Source: Candidatus Latescibacterota bacterium (lineage in GTDB: Bacteria; Latescibacterota; UBA2968; UBA8231). Taken from it: DNA of 64,000 nucleotides. The stretch spans positions 770,543-834,542 of the forward strand of contig OZ252098.1 of assembly GCA_965248355.1 (NCBI GenBank), in the 5' to 3' direction. The notes under the pieces are model-generated. The model did no database searches, was not told the origin of the DNA, and was given only the letters and a program-made list of their open reading frames with translations. Below are positions 43,346 through 52,968 of this stretch, in pieces. The number at the start of each line of letters is the position of its first letter. The stretch's first letter is position 1. Both the position numbers and the translations under genes were made by a program.

Positions 43346-45292
43346 ATGACGCAGCATCCCCAGACAGGCGCCGGTCCGGTGCGGGCGCCGCGCACCCTGA
43401 TCGTCGGCTCGGCCATGTGCGTGCTCATCGCCGCCTGGGGGCCCTACAACCTGCTCGTCCTCCACGGCTCCTGCCTGACCATCGACTTCTCCACGGGGGC
43501 GGCGATCGCCCTCCTGTTCTTCGCCGCCTTCTTCCTCAACGGCCTGCTGCGCGCCTTCCTGCCGGGGCTGTCCCTGTCCTCGGGCGAGCTCTCCATCACC
43601 TACCTGATGGCGGCCATCGCCTGCTCGATCTGCACCATGGGGCTCACCCTGCAGCTGGTGCCCCTGGTGCCGGCCCTGGACTACCTGGCCTCACCGGAGA
43701 ACGAGTGGGCCCGCGACATCCTGCCCTACGTGCCCCACTGGCTGCGGCTGCCGGGGGACGACGTGATCCTCGGCTTCTACGAGGGCCTCTCCGAGGGCGA
43801 GTCGATCCCGTGGGGGGCCTGGGCCGAGCCCCTGCTGGCGTGGATGCCCGTGATCATCGGCCTCTACCTGGTCATGATCTCCCTGGCCGTGCTCTTCAGC
43901 CGCCAGTGGATCGAGCACGAGCGTCTCGCCTACCCCCTGGCCCAGGTGCCCCTGGTCATGGCCTCCCAGGACGAGGGCCGGGCCCTGAACGCCTTCTTCC
44001 GCAACCCGGTCATGTGGCTGGGCTTCTCCGTGCCCTTCATGGTCACCGGTATGAACGGCCTCCACTTCTACCACCACTTCGTTCCCACCCTCTACCTGAA
44101 CACCCAGATCAACCTCTTCCACGACATGCCCAACCTGCTCTTCAACCTCACCTTCCCCATGATGGGCTTCGCCTACCTGGTGCACCAGGAGGTGGCCCTG
44201 AGCATCTGGCTGTTCTACCTGGCGGGCTACGCCCTGGCCGGCGTCTTCGCCAAGGTCGGCATCACCCGCAGCCTGAGCCTGGACTACTACGCCCAGCACG
44301 ACGGCGGCCCGATCTTCGCCTACATCCAGTTCGGCGCCCTCATGGCCCTGGTGGGCTACACCCTGTGGACGGCGCGGAGCTACCTGCGCAGCACCTGGCG
44401 GTCGGCTTGGCGCCGGTCCGCCGCCTCGTCCGGGGACGACCTGTCCATGCGCGGCGTCTACGTGCAGCTGATCCTGGGGCTGGTGCTGATGACGGGATGG
44501 TTCGCCGCCGTGGGCGTCCCCCTCTGGGCGGGGGCGATCTTCGTCCTGGTGATGACGGCGACCTTCCTGGGGGTCACGCGCATCCTCTGCGAGGCCGGCC
44601 TGGCCCGGACGCGGGCCCAGTTGATCACGCCCACGGTGGTGCGCTCCATGGTCGGCACCGCCCACCTGGGCCCGGCCGGGACGGTCGGCGTTCTGGGCTA
44701 CGGGCAGGTCTGGATGAGCGACGTGCGCACCTTCGTCATGGCCGCCACCGCCAACGGCCTCAAGCTGACGTCATCGATCCGGGGCAAGGCCCTGGTCCTG
44801 GGGAGCACGGTGCTGGCGGTGGTGCTCGCCCTCGTCGCGTCGATCGGGTCGACCCTGTACTTCGCCTACGAGAGCGGCGCCCACAACGCCAACGGCTGGT
44901 TCTTCATCCGCGCCCCCCGGTACATCATCGACTTCGCCGCCGGGTACGTGCGCGAGCCGGCGGCGGTGGACGCCGCGGGCCTGGGGCTGATGGGGCTGGG
45001 CGGCGCCGGCATGCTCGGCCTTTACTGGATCCGCGCCCACTTCATGGGCTTTCCCATCCACCCCCTGGGGCTGGCCGTCTCCCAGATGGCCCTCACCCGG
45101 CACATGTGGTTCAGCATGTTCGTCGTGTGGCTGCTGAAGGCGGTGATGATCCGCTACGGCGGCCCCCGGCTGCTGCTGCGGGTGCGGCCCTTCTTCCTGG
45201 GCTTCATCCTCGGGGAGTTCGTGGCCCTCTCCGTGTGGCTGATGATCAGCCTGGCCACCGGGGCCCGGGGCAACAGCCTCTACAACGTCTGA
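43346..45292 (+). CDS. large polytopic membrane protein, paralog of 38775-40724
   Basis: 648 aa; shared motifs ASPENEW, QWIEHERL, TRILCEAGL and FFLGFILGEF. Confidence 0.8.
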   Translation: MTQHPQTGAGPVRAPRTLIVGSAMCVLIAAWGPYNLLVLHGSCLTIDFSTGAAIALLFFAAFFLNGLLRAFLPGLSLSSGELSITYLMAAIACSICTMGLTLQLVPLVPALDYLASPENEWARDILPYVPHWLRLPGDDVILGFYEGLSEGESIPWGAWAEPLLAWMPVIIGLYLVMISLAVLFSRQWIEHERLAYPLAQVPLVMASQDEGRALNAFFRNPVMWLGFSVPFMVTGMNGLHFYHHFVPTLYLNTQINLFHDMPNLLFNLTFPMMGFAYLVHQEVALSIWLFYLAGYALAGVFAKVGITRSLSLDYYAQHDGGPIFAYIQFGALMALVGYTLWTARSYLRSTWRSAWRRSAASSGDDLSMRGVYVQLILGLVLMTGWFAAVGVPLWAGAIFVLVMTATFLGVTRILCEAGLARTRAQLITPTVVRSMVGTAHLGPAGTVGVLGYGQVWMSDVRTFVMAATANGLKLTSSIRGKALVLGSTVLAVVLALVASIGSTLYFAYESGAHNANGWFFIRAPRYIIDFAAGYVREPAAVDAAGLGLMGLGGAGMLGLYWIRAHFMGFPIHPLGLAVSQMALTRHMWFSMFVVWLLKAVMIRYGGPRLLLRVRPFFLGFILGEFVALSVWLMISLATGARGNSLYNV

Positions 45293-45304
45293 GCCGCGCC
45301 CCGG

Positions 45305-46051
45305 TCAGCCCTCCCGCTCCTTCTTCCAGGCCTCGTACTCGGGCCGCGCCTCCTCCGAGAGCGGGTAGTACTTCTTCAGGTGGCCGCCCTCCAGCAGCCT
45401 GAGCCGGCTGAACTCCTCCCACTCGGCGTGGGAGCCGGCCGTCTCCACCAGCTCGACGGCCAGCTTCGCCGGCACGGCCACGACCCCGTCGTCGTCGGCG
45501 ACGATGATGTCCCCGGGCAGCACCAGGGTGTCGTTGAGGGCGATGGGCACGTTCACGGCGTAGGGGAAGATGCTCGTCTGGGTGTGGAAGTTCGGCGTCA
45601 CTCCGCGCAGCCACAGCCCCAGGTCGAGGTCCCGCTGCACGATGGGGAAGTCGCGGATGCAGCCGTCGACGACGACGCCGGCGCCGCCGCGGCCCTGGAA
45701 GAAGGTGAGCATCATGTTGCCGAAGACGCCGCTCTTCATGTCGCCCCGGGCGTCGACGCAGACCACGTCGCCGGGCCGCGTGTGATAGAGCACGTGCCGG
45801 TGCAGCTGCGACTCCGGGTCGGCGTACTCGTCCTGGTTGTACACGTCCTCCCGCTGGGGCATGAACTGCAGGGTCAGGGCCGGACCGACGACGCTCTTGC
45901 CGGGGGTGAAGGGAACGGGGCCGAGGACGTGGGGATCCTGGATGCCGAGACGCTTGAGCTCGCCGGCGGCGGTGGCCGAGCCGATGTCCCGGAGTCCCTC
46001 GATGATCTCCGGCGGCGGGCGTTCGATGTCGGGGGTGTGGGTCTCTGCCAT
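45305..46051 (-). CDS. RraA-family protein (RNase E regulator / 4-hydroxy-4-methyl-2-oxoglutarate aldolase-like)
   Basis: RraA/MenG fold pattern; 248 aa. Confidence 0.8.
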   Translation of the reverse strand: MAETHTPDIERPPPEIIEGLRDIGSATAAGELKRLGIQDPHVLGPVPFTPGKSVVGPALTLQFMPQREDVYNQDEYADPESQLHRHVLYHTRPGDVVCVDARGDMKSGVFGNMMLTFFQGRGGAGVVVDGCIRDFPIVQRDLDLGLWLRGVTPNFHTQTSIFPYAVNVPIALNDTLVLPGDIIVADDDGVVAVPAKLAVELVETAGSHAEWEEFSRLRLLEGGHLKKYYPLSEEARPEYEAWKKEREG

Positions 46052-46226
46052 GGTTCTCTCCTGAGAGGGGGACCGCCGTCCTCCTTCGGCGGCGGCGATT
46101 GGAGGCTCTTCCGGGCGGGAGAAGGTAGGGAAGAACCCCCAGGCGCATGGTGTCCTCCCTGGCACCGGGGCCGGTTGACGGCCCCCGCGGCATGACGTTA
46201 GCTCCCTGACCGCCTGAAGGCCCTCC

Positions 46227-48077
46227 ATGACCGAAGCCCTCCTCTTCCTCGCCGCCGCCGCCCTCCTCCTCGCCGCGTTCCTCCTTGTGCGGGGGCGGCG
46301 GGGGAGCGCCGGCCACCTCGACAGCTCCTACGACGAGTCCGAGGGTGAGCGCCGGTTGCACAAGTGGGGCTACGCCGACACCCGCTTCGAGTTCGACGGC
46401 CCCCGCAGCGTGCGCGTCACCGGCTCCCGCTACCCGCTGGCCGGGTACAGCCTGCCCTCCTTCATCCCCTTCGCCGAGGACGTCCTCGGCGTGCCGATCA
46501 CGCCGGAGGAGATGGTGCCGGAGGTGGAGCGCGGCCCCCTGGCGCCGCCGCGTCCCTGCGAGGCCTTCCTCGACGCCTGCCGGCGGGGCCTCGGCGAGGG
46601 CCGCGCCGCCACCGACGACGAGTCCCGCCTGACCCACAGCCACGGCCAGCTCAGCGTCGACGAGATCTACCGCCTCCTCTACATCGGCCGCCTGCCGCGG
46701 GTGGCCGACCTGGTGCTGTTCCCCGAGAGCGAGGAGGAGGCGCGGCAGCTCGTGAGCCTCGCCGGGGAGCACGGCCTCTGCCTGGTGCCCTACGGGGGCG
46801 GGACCAACGTCAGCGGCGCCCTCTCCCTGCCGCCCGGGGAGGAGCGCCCCATCGCCTCCGTCGACATGGGCCGCATGAACCGCATCCTGTGGCTGGACGA
46901 GGAGAACCTGCAGGCCTGCGTCGAGGCCGGGATCACCGGCAAGGAGCTCGAGCGCCTCCTCGGGGAGCGCGGCTACACCTCGGGCCACGATCCGGACAGC
47001 GTCGAGTTGTCCACCCTCGGCGGCTGGATCGCCACCAACGCCAGCGGCATGAAGAAGAACCGCTACGGCAACATCGAGGACATCGTCGTCGAGGCGACCC
47101 TGGTGACGCCGGCGGGGGAGGTGGAGTCGCGCCGGGCGACGCCGCGCAACTCCACGGGGGTGGCGCCCCGCCTGTGGCTCTTCGGCTGCGAGGGCAACCT
47201 CGGCCTGATCACCAAGGCGGTGATCAAGATCCACCCGCGGCCCGAGGCGCGGGAGTACGGCTCCCTGGTCTTCCCCTCCCTCGGCCACGGCGTGCGCTAC
47301 CTGAAGGCCCTGCGCCGGGAGGGGGCCCTGCCGGCGAGCATCCGCCTGGTGAACAACACCGAGTTCCGCTTCGGCCAGGCCCTGAAGCCGGCGCCATCGG
47401 CCGTGGGCCGCGTCAAGGCGGCGCTGCAGCGCTTCGTCCTGGCGCGCCTGAAGGGCTTCGACCTGCGGAACCTCGCAGCCTGCACCATCGTCATGGAGGG
47501 CGGCCGCCGCGAGCTGGCCTGGCAGCGGCGGATCATCTTCTCCCTGGCCAAGGGGTTCGGCGGCGTCAGCGGCGGCGCCCACAACGGCCGGCGCGGCTAC
47601 ATGCTCACCTTCGCCATCGCCTACATCCGCGACTTCCTCAACCAGTTCCACATCATGGGGGAGACCTTCGAGACCTCGGTGCCGTGGGACCGCATCCACG
47701 ACCTGACCGGCGCCGTGGAGCGAGAGCTGGGCGAGCAGTGCCGGAGCCACGGCGTGCGCGGGATCCCGTACCTGTCGTACCGCATCACCCAGACCTACCA
47801 CACCGGGGTGTGCATCTACTTCACCATGGGCTTCAGCGGCAAGGGGCTGGAGGCGCCCGACCGCGTCTACCACGACGTGGAGGCGAGGCTGCGCCAGACG
47901 ATCCTGGACCACGGCGGCTCCCTGTCCCACCACCACGGGGTCGGCAAGATCCGCGCCGCCTTCCTGCCGGAGATCCAGACCGAGGCCAGCCTGAAGATCA
48001 TGCGGGAGACGAAGCGGGCCATGGATCCCGACGACGTCTTCGGCATCGCCAACGGCGCCCTGGCCGCGGACCGCTGA
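46227..48077 (+). CDS. alkyldihydroxyacetonephosphate synthase (AGPS)-like FAD-linked oxidase
   Basis: N-terminal HKWGYADTRFEF...TGSRYPLAGYSLPSF closely resembles the eukaryotic AGPS N-terminus; FAD-binding PCMH domain; HHHGVGK active-site loop. Confidence 0.85.
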   Translation: MTEALLFLAAAALLLAAFLLVRGRRGSAGHLDSSYDESEGERRLHKWGYADTRFEFDGPRSVRVTGSRYPLAGYSLPSFIPFAEDVLGVPITPEEMVPEVERGPLAPPRPCEAFLDACRRGLGEGRAATDDESRLTHSHGQLSVDEIYRLLYIGRLPRVADLVLFPESEEEARQLVSLAGEHGLCLVPYGGGTNVSGALSLPPGEERPIASVDMGRMNRILWLDEENLQACVEAGITGKELERLLGERGYTSGHDPDSVELSTLGGWIATNASGMKKNRYGNIEDIVVEATLVTPAGEVESRRATPRNSTGVAPRLWLFGCEGNLGLITKAVIKIHPRPEAREYGSLVFPSLGHGVRYLKALRREGALPASIRLVNNTEFRFGQALKPAPSAVGRVKAALQRFVLARLKGFDLRNLAACTIVMEGGRRELAWQRRIIFSLAKGFGGVSGGAHNGRRGYMLTFAIAYIRDFLNQFHIMGETFETSVPWDRIHDLTGAVERELGEQCRSHGVRGIPYLSYRITQTYHTGVCIYFTMGFSGKGLEAPDRVYHDVEARLRQTILDHGGSLSHHHGVGKIRAAFLPEIQTEASLKIMRETKRAMDPDDVFGIANGALAADR

Positions 48078-48084
48078 GTCGCCG

Positions 48085-48936
48085 GTGCCCGGGGAACGCT
48101 CCGTCGTCATCACCGGCGCCTCCTCCGGTCTGGGAGCGGCCCTGGCGGCCGCCTTCGCCCGGGACGGCGCCCGCCTCACCCTGATGGCCCGGCGGGCGGA
48201 CCGGCTGGCCGAGGTCGCCGAAGGCTGCGGCGCCGGCGTGCAGACCGTGGAGGGCGACGTCACCGTTCCCGGCCACGGCGAGCGGCTCGTGGAGGCCGCG
48301 GTCTCCGCCCACGGCGGCATCGACTGCCTGATCGCCAACGCCGGCGTGAGCATGTGGGCGCCCTTCGAGGAGGTGAGCGACCTGTCCCTCTTCCGCCGGC
48401 TCATCGAGGTCAACTACCTCGGTGCCGTGCACTGCGTCCATCCCGCCCTGCCCCATCTGAAGACGAGCCGCGGACAGTTCGTGGCCATCTCCTCCATCCA
48501 GGGCCGCGTGGGGGTGCCCCAGCACACGGGGTACTCGGCCTCCAAGCACGCCCTGCAGGGGTTCTGCGACGCCCTGCGCATGGAGCTGGAAGGCAGCGGC
48601 GTCAACGTGCTCACCGTGGTCCTCCACTGGCTGGGGGGCACGGAGCTGCGGGAGCAGGCCTACGCCGCCGACGGCCGGCCCTTCGGCGAAGGCCGCCGCC
48701 GGGCCAGCCGGGACGCGATCGGTCTCGAGGAGACCTGCGCCGCCATCCTGGAGGCCGTGAACGAGCGCCGCCGGGAGCTCGTGATGCCCTGGAAGCTGAA
48801 GGCCCTGCTCGCCATACGCGCCCTGCGGCCCCGGCTGGCGGACGCGATCGTGCGCCGGGCCGTGAACCGCCAGGGGGGCGAGGCCCTGGGAGAGGTATCG
48901 GACCCGGACACGAGTCATGGAAAGGACCGATCGTGA
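48085..48936 (+). CDS. SDR-family oxidoreductase (candidate acyl/alkyl-DHAP reductase)
   Basis: TGASSGLGAALA motif and YSASK active site; starts 7 nt after the AGPS-like gene. Confidence 0.8.
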   Translation: MPGERSVVITGASSGLGAALAAAFARDGARLTLMARRADRLAEVAEGCGAGVQTVEGDVTVPGHGERLVEAAVSAHGGIDCLIANAGVSMWAPFEEVSDLSLFRRLIEVNYLGAVHCVHPALPHLKTSRGQFVAISSIQGRVGVPQHTGYSASKHALQGFCDALRMELEGSGVNVLTVVLHWLGGTELREQAYAADGRPFGEGRRRASRDAIGLEETCAAILEAVNERRRELVMPWKLKALLAIRALRPRLADAIVRRAVNRQGGEALGEVSDPDTSHGKDRS

Positions 48937-50000
48937 AGTTCGGAATGTTCATGATGCCCCTGCATCCGCCCGAGAAGGACCGCACCCGGTGCTTCGAGGA
49001 GGACATCGAGACCGTGGTCCTCGCCGACCGCCTGGGCTTCACCGAAGCCTGGATCGGCCAGCACCACTCCGTGGCCTGGGAGCCGATCCCGTCCAACGAC
49101 GTCTTCATCGCCAACCTGCTGCCGAGGACGGAGCGCATCCGCCTGGGCACCGGCGTCTCCATCGTGCCCCAGCACCACCCGGTGAACATCGCCGTGCGCC
49201 TGGCCCTGCTCGACCACCTGTCGCGGGGCCGCATCAACTGCGGCTTCGGCCAGGGCGGCGTGGCCACCGACTGGGGGCTCTTCGACCTGCCCGACCCGAA
49301 GACCCAGGGCCTGATGACCCTGGAGGGCATCGACCTCGTGCTCAAGCTCTGGTCCGAGGACGCCCCCTTCGACTACAAGGGCGACCACTGGCACGTGCAC
49401 CTCACCGAGCCCGTGCCGGAGCTGGGCATCGGCGTCCTCCTCAAGCCCTTCCAGAAGCCCCATCCGCCGATCGCCATGAGCGTCATCAAGGGCGATTCCA
49501 TGGCCGGGCACATGGCCGGCGAGCGCGGATGGATCCCCATGAGCACGAACCTGGTGCCGGTGCCCACCGTGGCCCGCCACTGGGAGACCTACCGCGGCGG
49601 CGCCCAGGCCGCCGGCCGGCCGGAGCCCGACCGCGGCATCTGGCGCATCTCGCGCAGCCTCCTGGTGGCCGAGTCCCGGGCCCAGGCCGAGGACGTGGCC
49701 GCAGGGGCCATGCACCGGTCCTTCGAGTACCTCATCGCCGTCCTCACCTCGGTGGGCCAGCTGCCCCTGATGAAGCGCGACCCGGAGATGCCCGACGAGG
49801 AGGTGACCGCCGACTACTGCCTGCGGGAGCTGGCCATCATCGGCGACACCGCCGAGGTCACGGAGCGGCTGCGCGCCCTCTACGACGACACCGGCGGCTT
49901 CGGCACGCTGATGATGATCGCCCACGACTGGGACCACGAGGCCGTGTGGCGGGCCTCCATGGAGCGGCTGGCGCGCGACGTCGTGCCGAGGCTGCCCTGA
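48933..50000 (+). CDS. LLM-class flavin-dependent oxidoreductase
   Basis: Luciferase-like monooxygenase fold; GTG start overlaps the SDR stop. Confidence 0.8.
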   Translation: MKFGMFMMPLHPPEKDRTRCFEEDIETVVLADRLGFTEAWIGQHHSVAWEPIPSNDVFIANLLPRTERIRLGTGVSIVPQHHPVNIAVRLALLDHLSRGRINCGFGQGGVATDWGLFDLPDPKTQGLMTLEGIDLVLKLWSEDAPFDYKGDHWHVHLTEPVPELGIGVLLKPFQKPHPPIAMSVIKGDSMAGHMAGERGWIPMSTNLVPVPTVARHWETYRGGAQAAGRPEPDRGIWRISRSLLVAESRAQAEDVAAGAMHRSFEYLIAVLTSVGQLPLMKRDPEMPDEEVTADYCLRELAIIGDTAEVTERLRALYDDTGGFGTLMMIAHDWDHEAVWRASMERLARDVVPRLP

Positions 50001-50082
50001 GCCGGCGATTGCCCGCATCTGCAATCGTTGGCAAGTTTCTACAACTCTCGCTCTACCTTCACCCTGTCGAATCGGATACGCC

Positions 50083-52968
50083 ATGACGCGCCGGCCATCG
50101 ACCGCCCTGATCCTTCCTCTCCTCGCCGCCGCGGGTCTGGCCCTCGGCGGCTGCGCCGCCCGGCCCTCCGCGTCCGGGAACGCCGCCGGGGCGCCGGCGG
50201 CCGGCGCACCCGAATCCGTGCTGCCGGTGGACCCCAAGGTCACGCGCGGCACCCTGGACAACGGCCTGCGCTACGTCATCCGGGCCAACGCCAAACCCGA
50301 GAACCGGGCCGAGCTGCGCCTCGCCCTCGACGTGGGCTCCATCCTGGAGACCGACGAGGAGCAGGGGCTGGCCCACTTCGCCGAGCACATGGCCTTCAAC
50401 GGCACCACCCACTTCGAGAAGCAGGAGCTCTGGTCGTACCTGGAGTCCGTGGGGCTGCGCACGGGCGCCGACCTCAACGCCCACACCAGCTTCGACGAGA
50501 CCGTGTACAAGCTCACCATCCCCCTCGACTCGGTGCAGGTGGTGGAGCAGGCCTTCCAGATCTTCGAGGACTGGGCCCACGGCGTCACCTTCGACGGCGA
50601 GGAGATCGACAAGGAGCGCGGCGTCGTCATCGAGGAGTGGCGCCGCGGCCAGGGCGCCGGCCTGCGCATGCTCTACAAGCAGCTGCCGGTGCTGTTCGCC
50701 GACTCGAAGTACGCCGAGCGCATTCCCATCGGGCAGAAGGCCGTCCTCGACACCTTCCACCACGACACGGTCCACGGGTTCTACCGCCGCTGGTACCGGC
50801 CGGACCTGATGGGCTTTGCCGCCGTGGGCGACTTCGAGCCGGCCTACATGGAGAGCCTGATCGCCGAGTACCTGGGCCGCGTGCCGGCCGTGGAGGCGCC
50901 CACGGCGCGGCCGGAGGCGGCGGTGCCCGACCACGAGGAGACCCTCTTCGCCATCGTCACCGACCCGGAGGCCACGAGCAACGTGGTGCGCATCATGCAC
51001 AAGCAGGACCGGACCGACGACTCGACGAAGGGCGCCTACCGGGACCACCTGATGGAGAGCCTCTACCACGGCATGCTCAACCGGCGCCTCTACGAGCTGA
51101 CGACCCGGGCCGACCCGCCCTTCCTGGGGGCGTTCTCCGGCGGCTACTACTCGGTGCGCACCAAGGAGATGATCCAGCTGGCCGCGGGCGTCGAGAACAA
51201 CGGCTTCGACCGCGGCCTCGAGGCCCTGCTCACCGAGGCCGAGCGGGTCCGCCGGCACGGCTTCACGGCCACGGAGCTGGCGCGGCAGAAGAAGGAGCTG
51301 CTGCGCGGCATGGAGCAGTCCTGGCGCGAGCGCGACAAGCTCCAGTCCCGGGGGTTCGCCGCCGAGTACGTCCGCCACCTGCTCGAGGACGAGCCGATCC
51401 CCGGCATCGAAGGGGAGTACGAGCTCTACCAGGAGCTGCTGCCGACGATCGCCCTGGCCGAGGTCAACGACCTGGCGGGGGAGTGGACGGGGGACCGCAA
51501 CCGCGTCATCACCGTCAACGCTCCGGACAAGGAAGGCGTGGGCGTGCCCAGGCAGGAGCAGTTGCTGGCCATTCTCGAGGCCGCCGCCGGCAAGGAGGTG
51601 GAGGCCTACGTCGACCAGGGCGCCGACCTGCCGCTGCTGCCCGACGAGCCGCAGGCGGGGTCCGTGGCCTCGCGCGGCGAGATCCCGGAGCTCGGCGTCA
51701 CCCGGTGGGAGCTGTCCAACGGCGTGCGCGTCTTCCTCAAGCCGACGGACTTCAAGAACGACCAGATCCTGTTCGCCGCGTACAGCCCCGGCGGCCATTC
51801 CCTGGTGGAGGACGGCGAGTTCATCGCCGCCTCCACGGCCCCCGCCGCGATCACCGAGAGCGGCCTCGGGAACTTCGACAAGGTGGGCCTCATCAAGTGG
51901 CTCAGCGGCAAGGTGGTGAGCGTCGCGCCGTACGTCTCGGAGCTGGAGGAGGGGCTGTCGGGCTCGGCCTCACCCCAGGACGCGGAGACGATGTTCCAGA
52001 TGATCCACGCGTACTTCACGGCCACGCGCTCCGACAGCGCCGCCTTCGCCTCCCTGCGCACGCGCCTGCGCGCCTGGCTGGAGAACCGGAGCTCCGACCC
52101 CGAGACCGCCTTCTCCGACACGGTCTCGGTGACCATGGCCCAGTACCACCACCGGGCCCGCCCCTGGTCGCTGCCGATGCTCGACGAGCTCGACCTCGAC
52201 GCCTCGGTGCGCATCTTCCGCGACCGCTTCGCCGACGCTTCCGACTTCACCTTCTTCTTCGTCGGCAACTTCACCCCCGGGGAGATCGAGCCCCTGGTGA
52301 GCCGCTACCTGGCGAGCCTGCCGGCGCCGGGACGCGGGGAGACCTGGCGGGACGTGGACATGGATCCGCCCCCGGGGGTGGTGAAGAAGGTGGTGCGCGC
52401 CGGCATGGAGCCGAAGAGCCGGACCCGCATCCTGTTCACCGGCCCCTTCGACTTCGACGTGCGCGCCGACCGGGTGCAGCTGGGCCTGATGACCCAGGCC
52501 TTCCAGATCAAGCTGCGGGAGGTGCTGCGCGAGGATCTGGGCGGCACCTACAGCGTCGGCGTGCGCGGCTCGGTCTCCCACTACCCGGAGGAGAGCTACC
52601 TCCTCAGGGTGAGCTTCGGCAGCGATCCCGAGCGGGCCGAGGAGCTGACCGCCGTGGTCTTCGAGCAGATCGACAGCCTGCGCTCGGTCGGCCTCGACTC
52701 CACCTACGTGGAGAAGGTGAAGGAGATCCTCCGGCGGGAGCACGAGGTGGCCCTGAAGGAGAACGGCTGGTGGCTCAGCAACCTCCGCTATGCGGACACC
52801 CACGGCATCGACCCGCTGCTGATCCTCGACCGGTCCCTGGTGGAAGGGCTGACCCCGGCGGCCGTGAAGCGCATGGCCCAGCGCTTCGACACCGGCAACC
52901 ACGCCCACTTCGTCATGCTCCCGGCCGAGGCGGACAGCGCCGCGGCAGAGATGGAGCAGGGGCCGTGA
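50083..52968 (+). CDS. M16-family zinc metallopeptidase lipoprotein (two-unit insulinase-like)
   Basis: Inverted zincin motif HFAEHMAFNGT; lipobox LGGC; 961 aa. Confidence 0.85.
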   Translation: MTRRPSTALILPLLAAAGLALGGCAARPSASGNAAGAPAAGAPESVLPVDPKVTRGTLDNGLRYVIRANAKPENRAELRLALDVGSILETDEEQGLAHFAEHMAFNGTTHFEKQELWSYLESVGLRTGADLNAHTSFDETVYKLTIPLDSVQVVEQAFQIFEDWAHGVTFDGEEIDKERGVVIEEWRRGQGAGLRMLYKQLPVLFADSKYAERIPIGQKAVLDTFHHDTVHGFYRRWYRPDLMGFAAVGDFEPAYMESLIAEYLGRVPAVEAPTARPEAAVPDHEETLFAIVTDPEATSNVVRIMHKQDRTDDSTKGAYRDHLMESLYHGMLNRRLYELTTRADPPFLGAFSGGYYSVRTKEMIQLAAGVENNGFDRGLEALLTEAERVRRHGFTATELARQKKELLRGMEQSWRERDKLQSRGFAAEYVRHLLEDEPIPGIEGEYELYQELLPTIALAEVNDLAGEWTGDRNRVITVNAPDKEGVGVPRQEQLLAILEAAAGKEVEAYVDQGADLPLLPDEPQAGSVASRGEIPELGVTRWELSNGVRVFLKPTDFKNDQILFAAYSPGGHSLVEDGEFIAASTAPAAITESGLGNFDKVGLIKWLSGKVVSVAPYVSELEEGLSGSASPQDAETMFQMIHAYFTATRSDSAAFASLRTRLRAWLENRSSDPETAFSDTVSVTMAQYHHRARPWSLPMLDELDLDASVRIFRDRFADASDFTFFFVGNFTPGEIEPLVSRYLASLPAPGRGETWRDVDMDPPPGVVKKVVRAGMEPKSRTRILFTGPFDFDVRADRVQLGLMTQAFQIKLREVLREDLGGTYSVGVRGSVSHYPEESYLLRVSFGSDPERAEELTAVVFEQIDSLRSVGLDSTYVEKVKEILRREHEVALKENGWWLSNLRYADTHGIDPLLILDRSLVEGLTPAAVKRMAQRFDTGNHAHFVMLPAEADSAAAEMEQGP

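Noticed and set aside
46052-46226. Possible sigma70-like promoter (TTGACG-17-TTAGCT) in the divergent region between the RraA and AGPS-like genes.
   Set aside because: The -10 element is weak, and promoter consensus for this unidentified high-GC organism is unknown, so it is too speculative to list as a feature.
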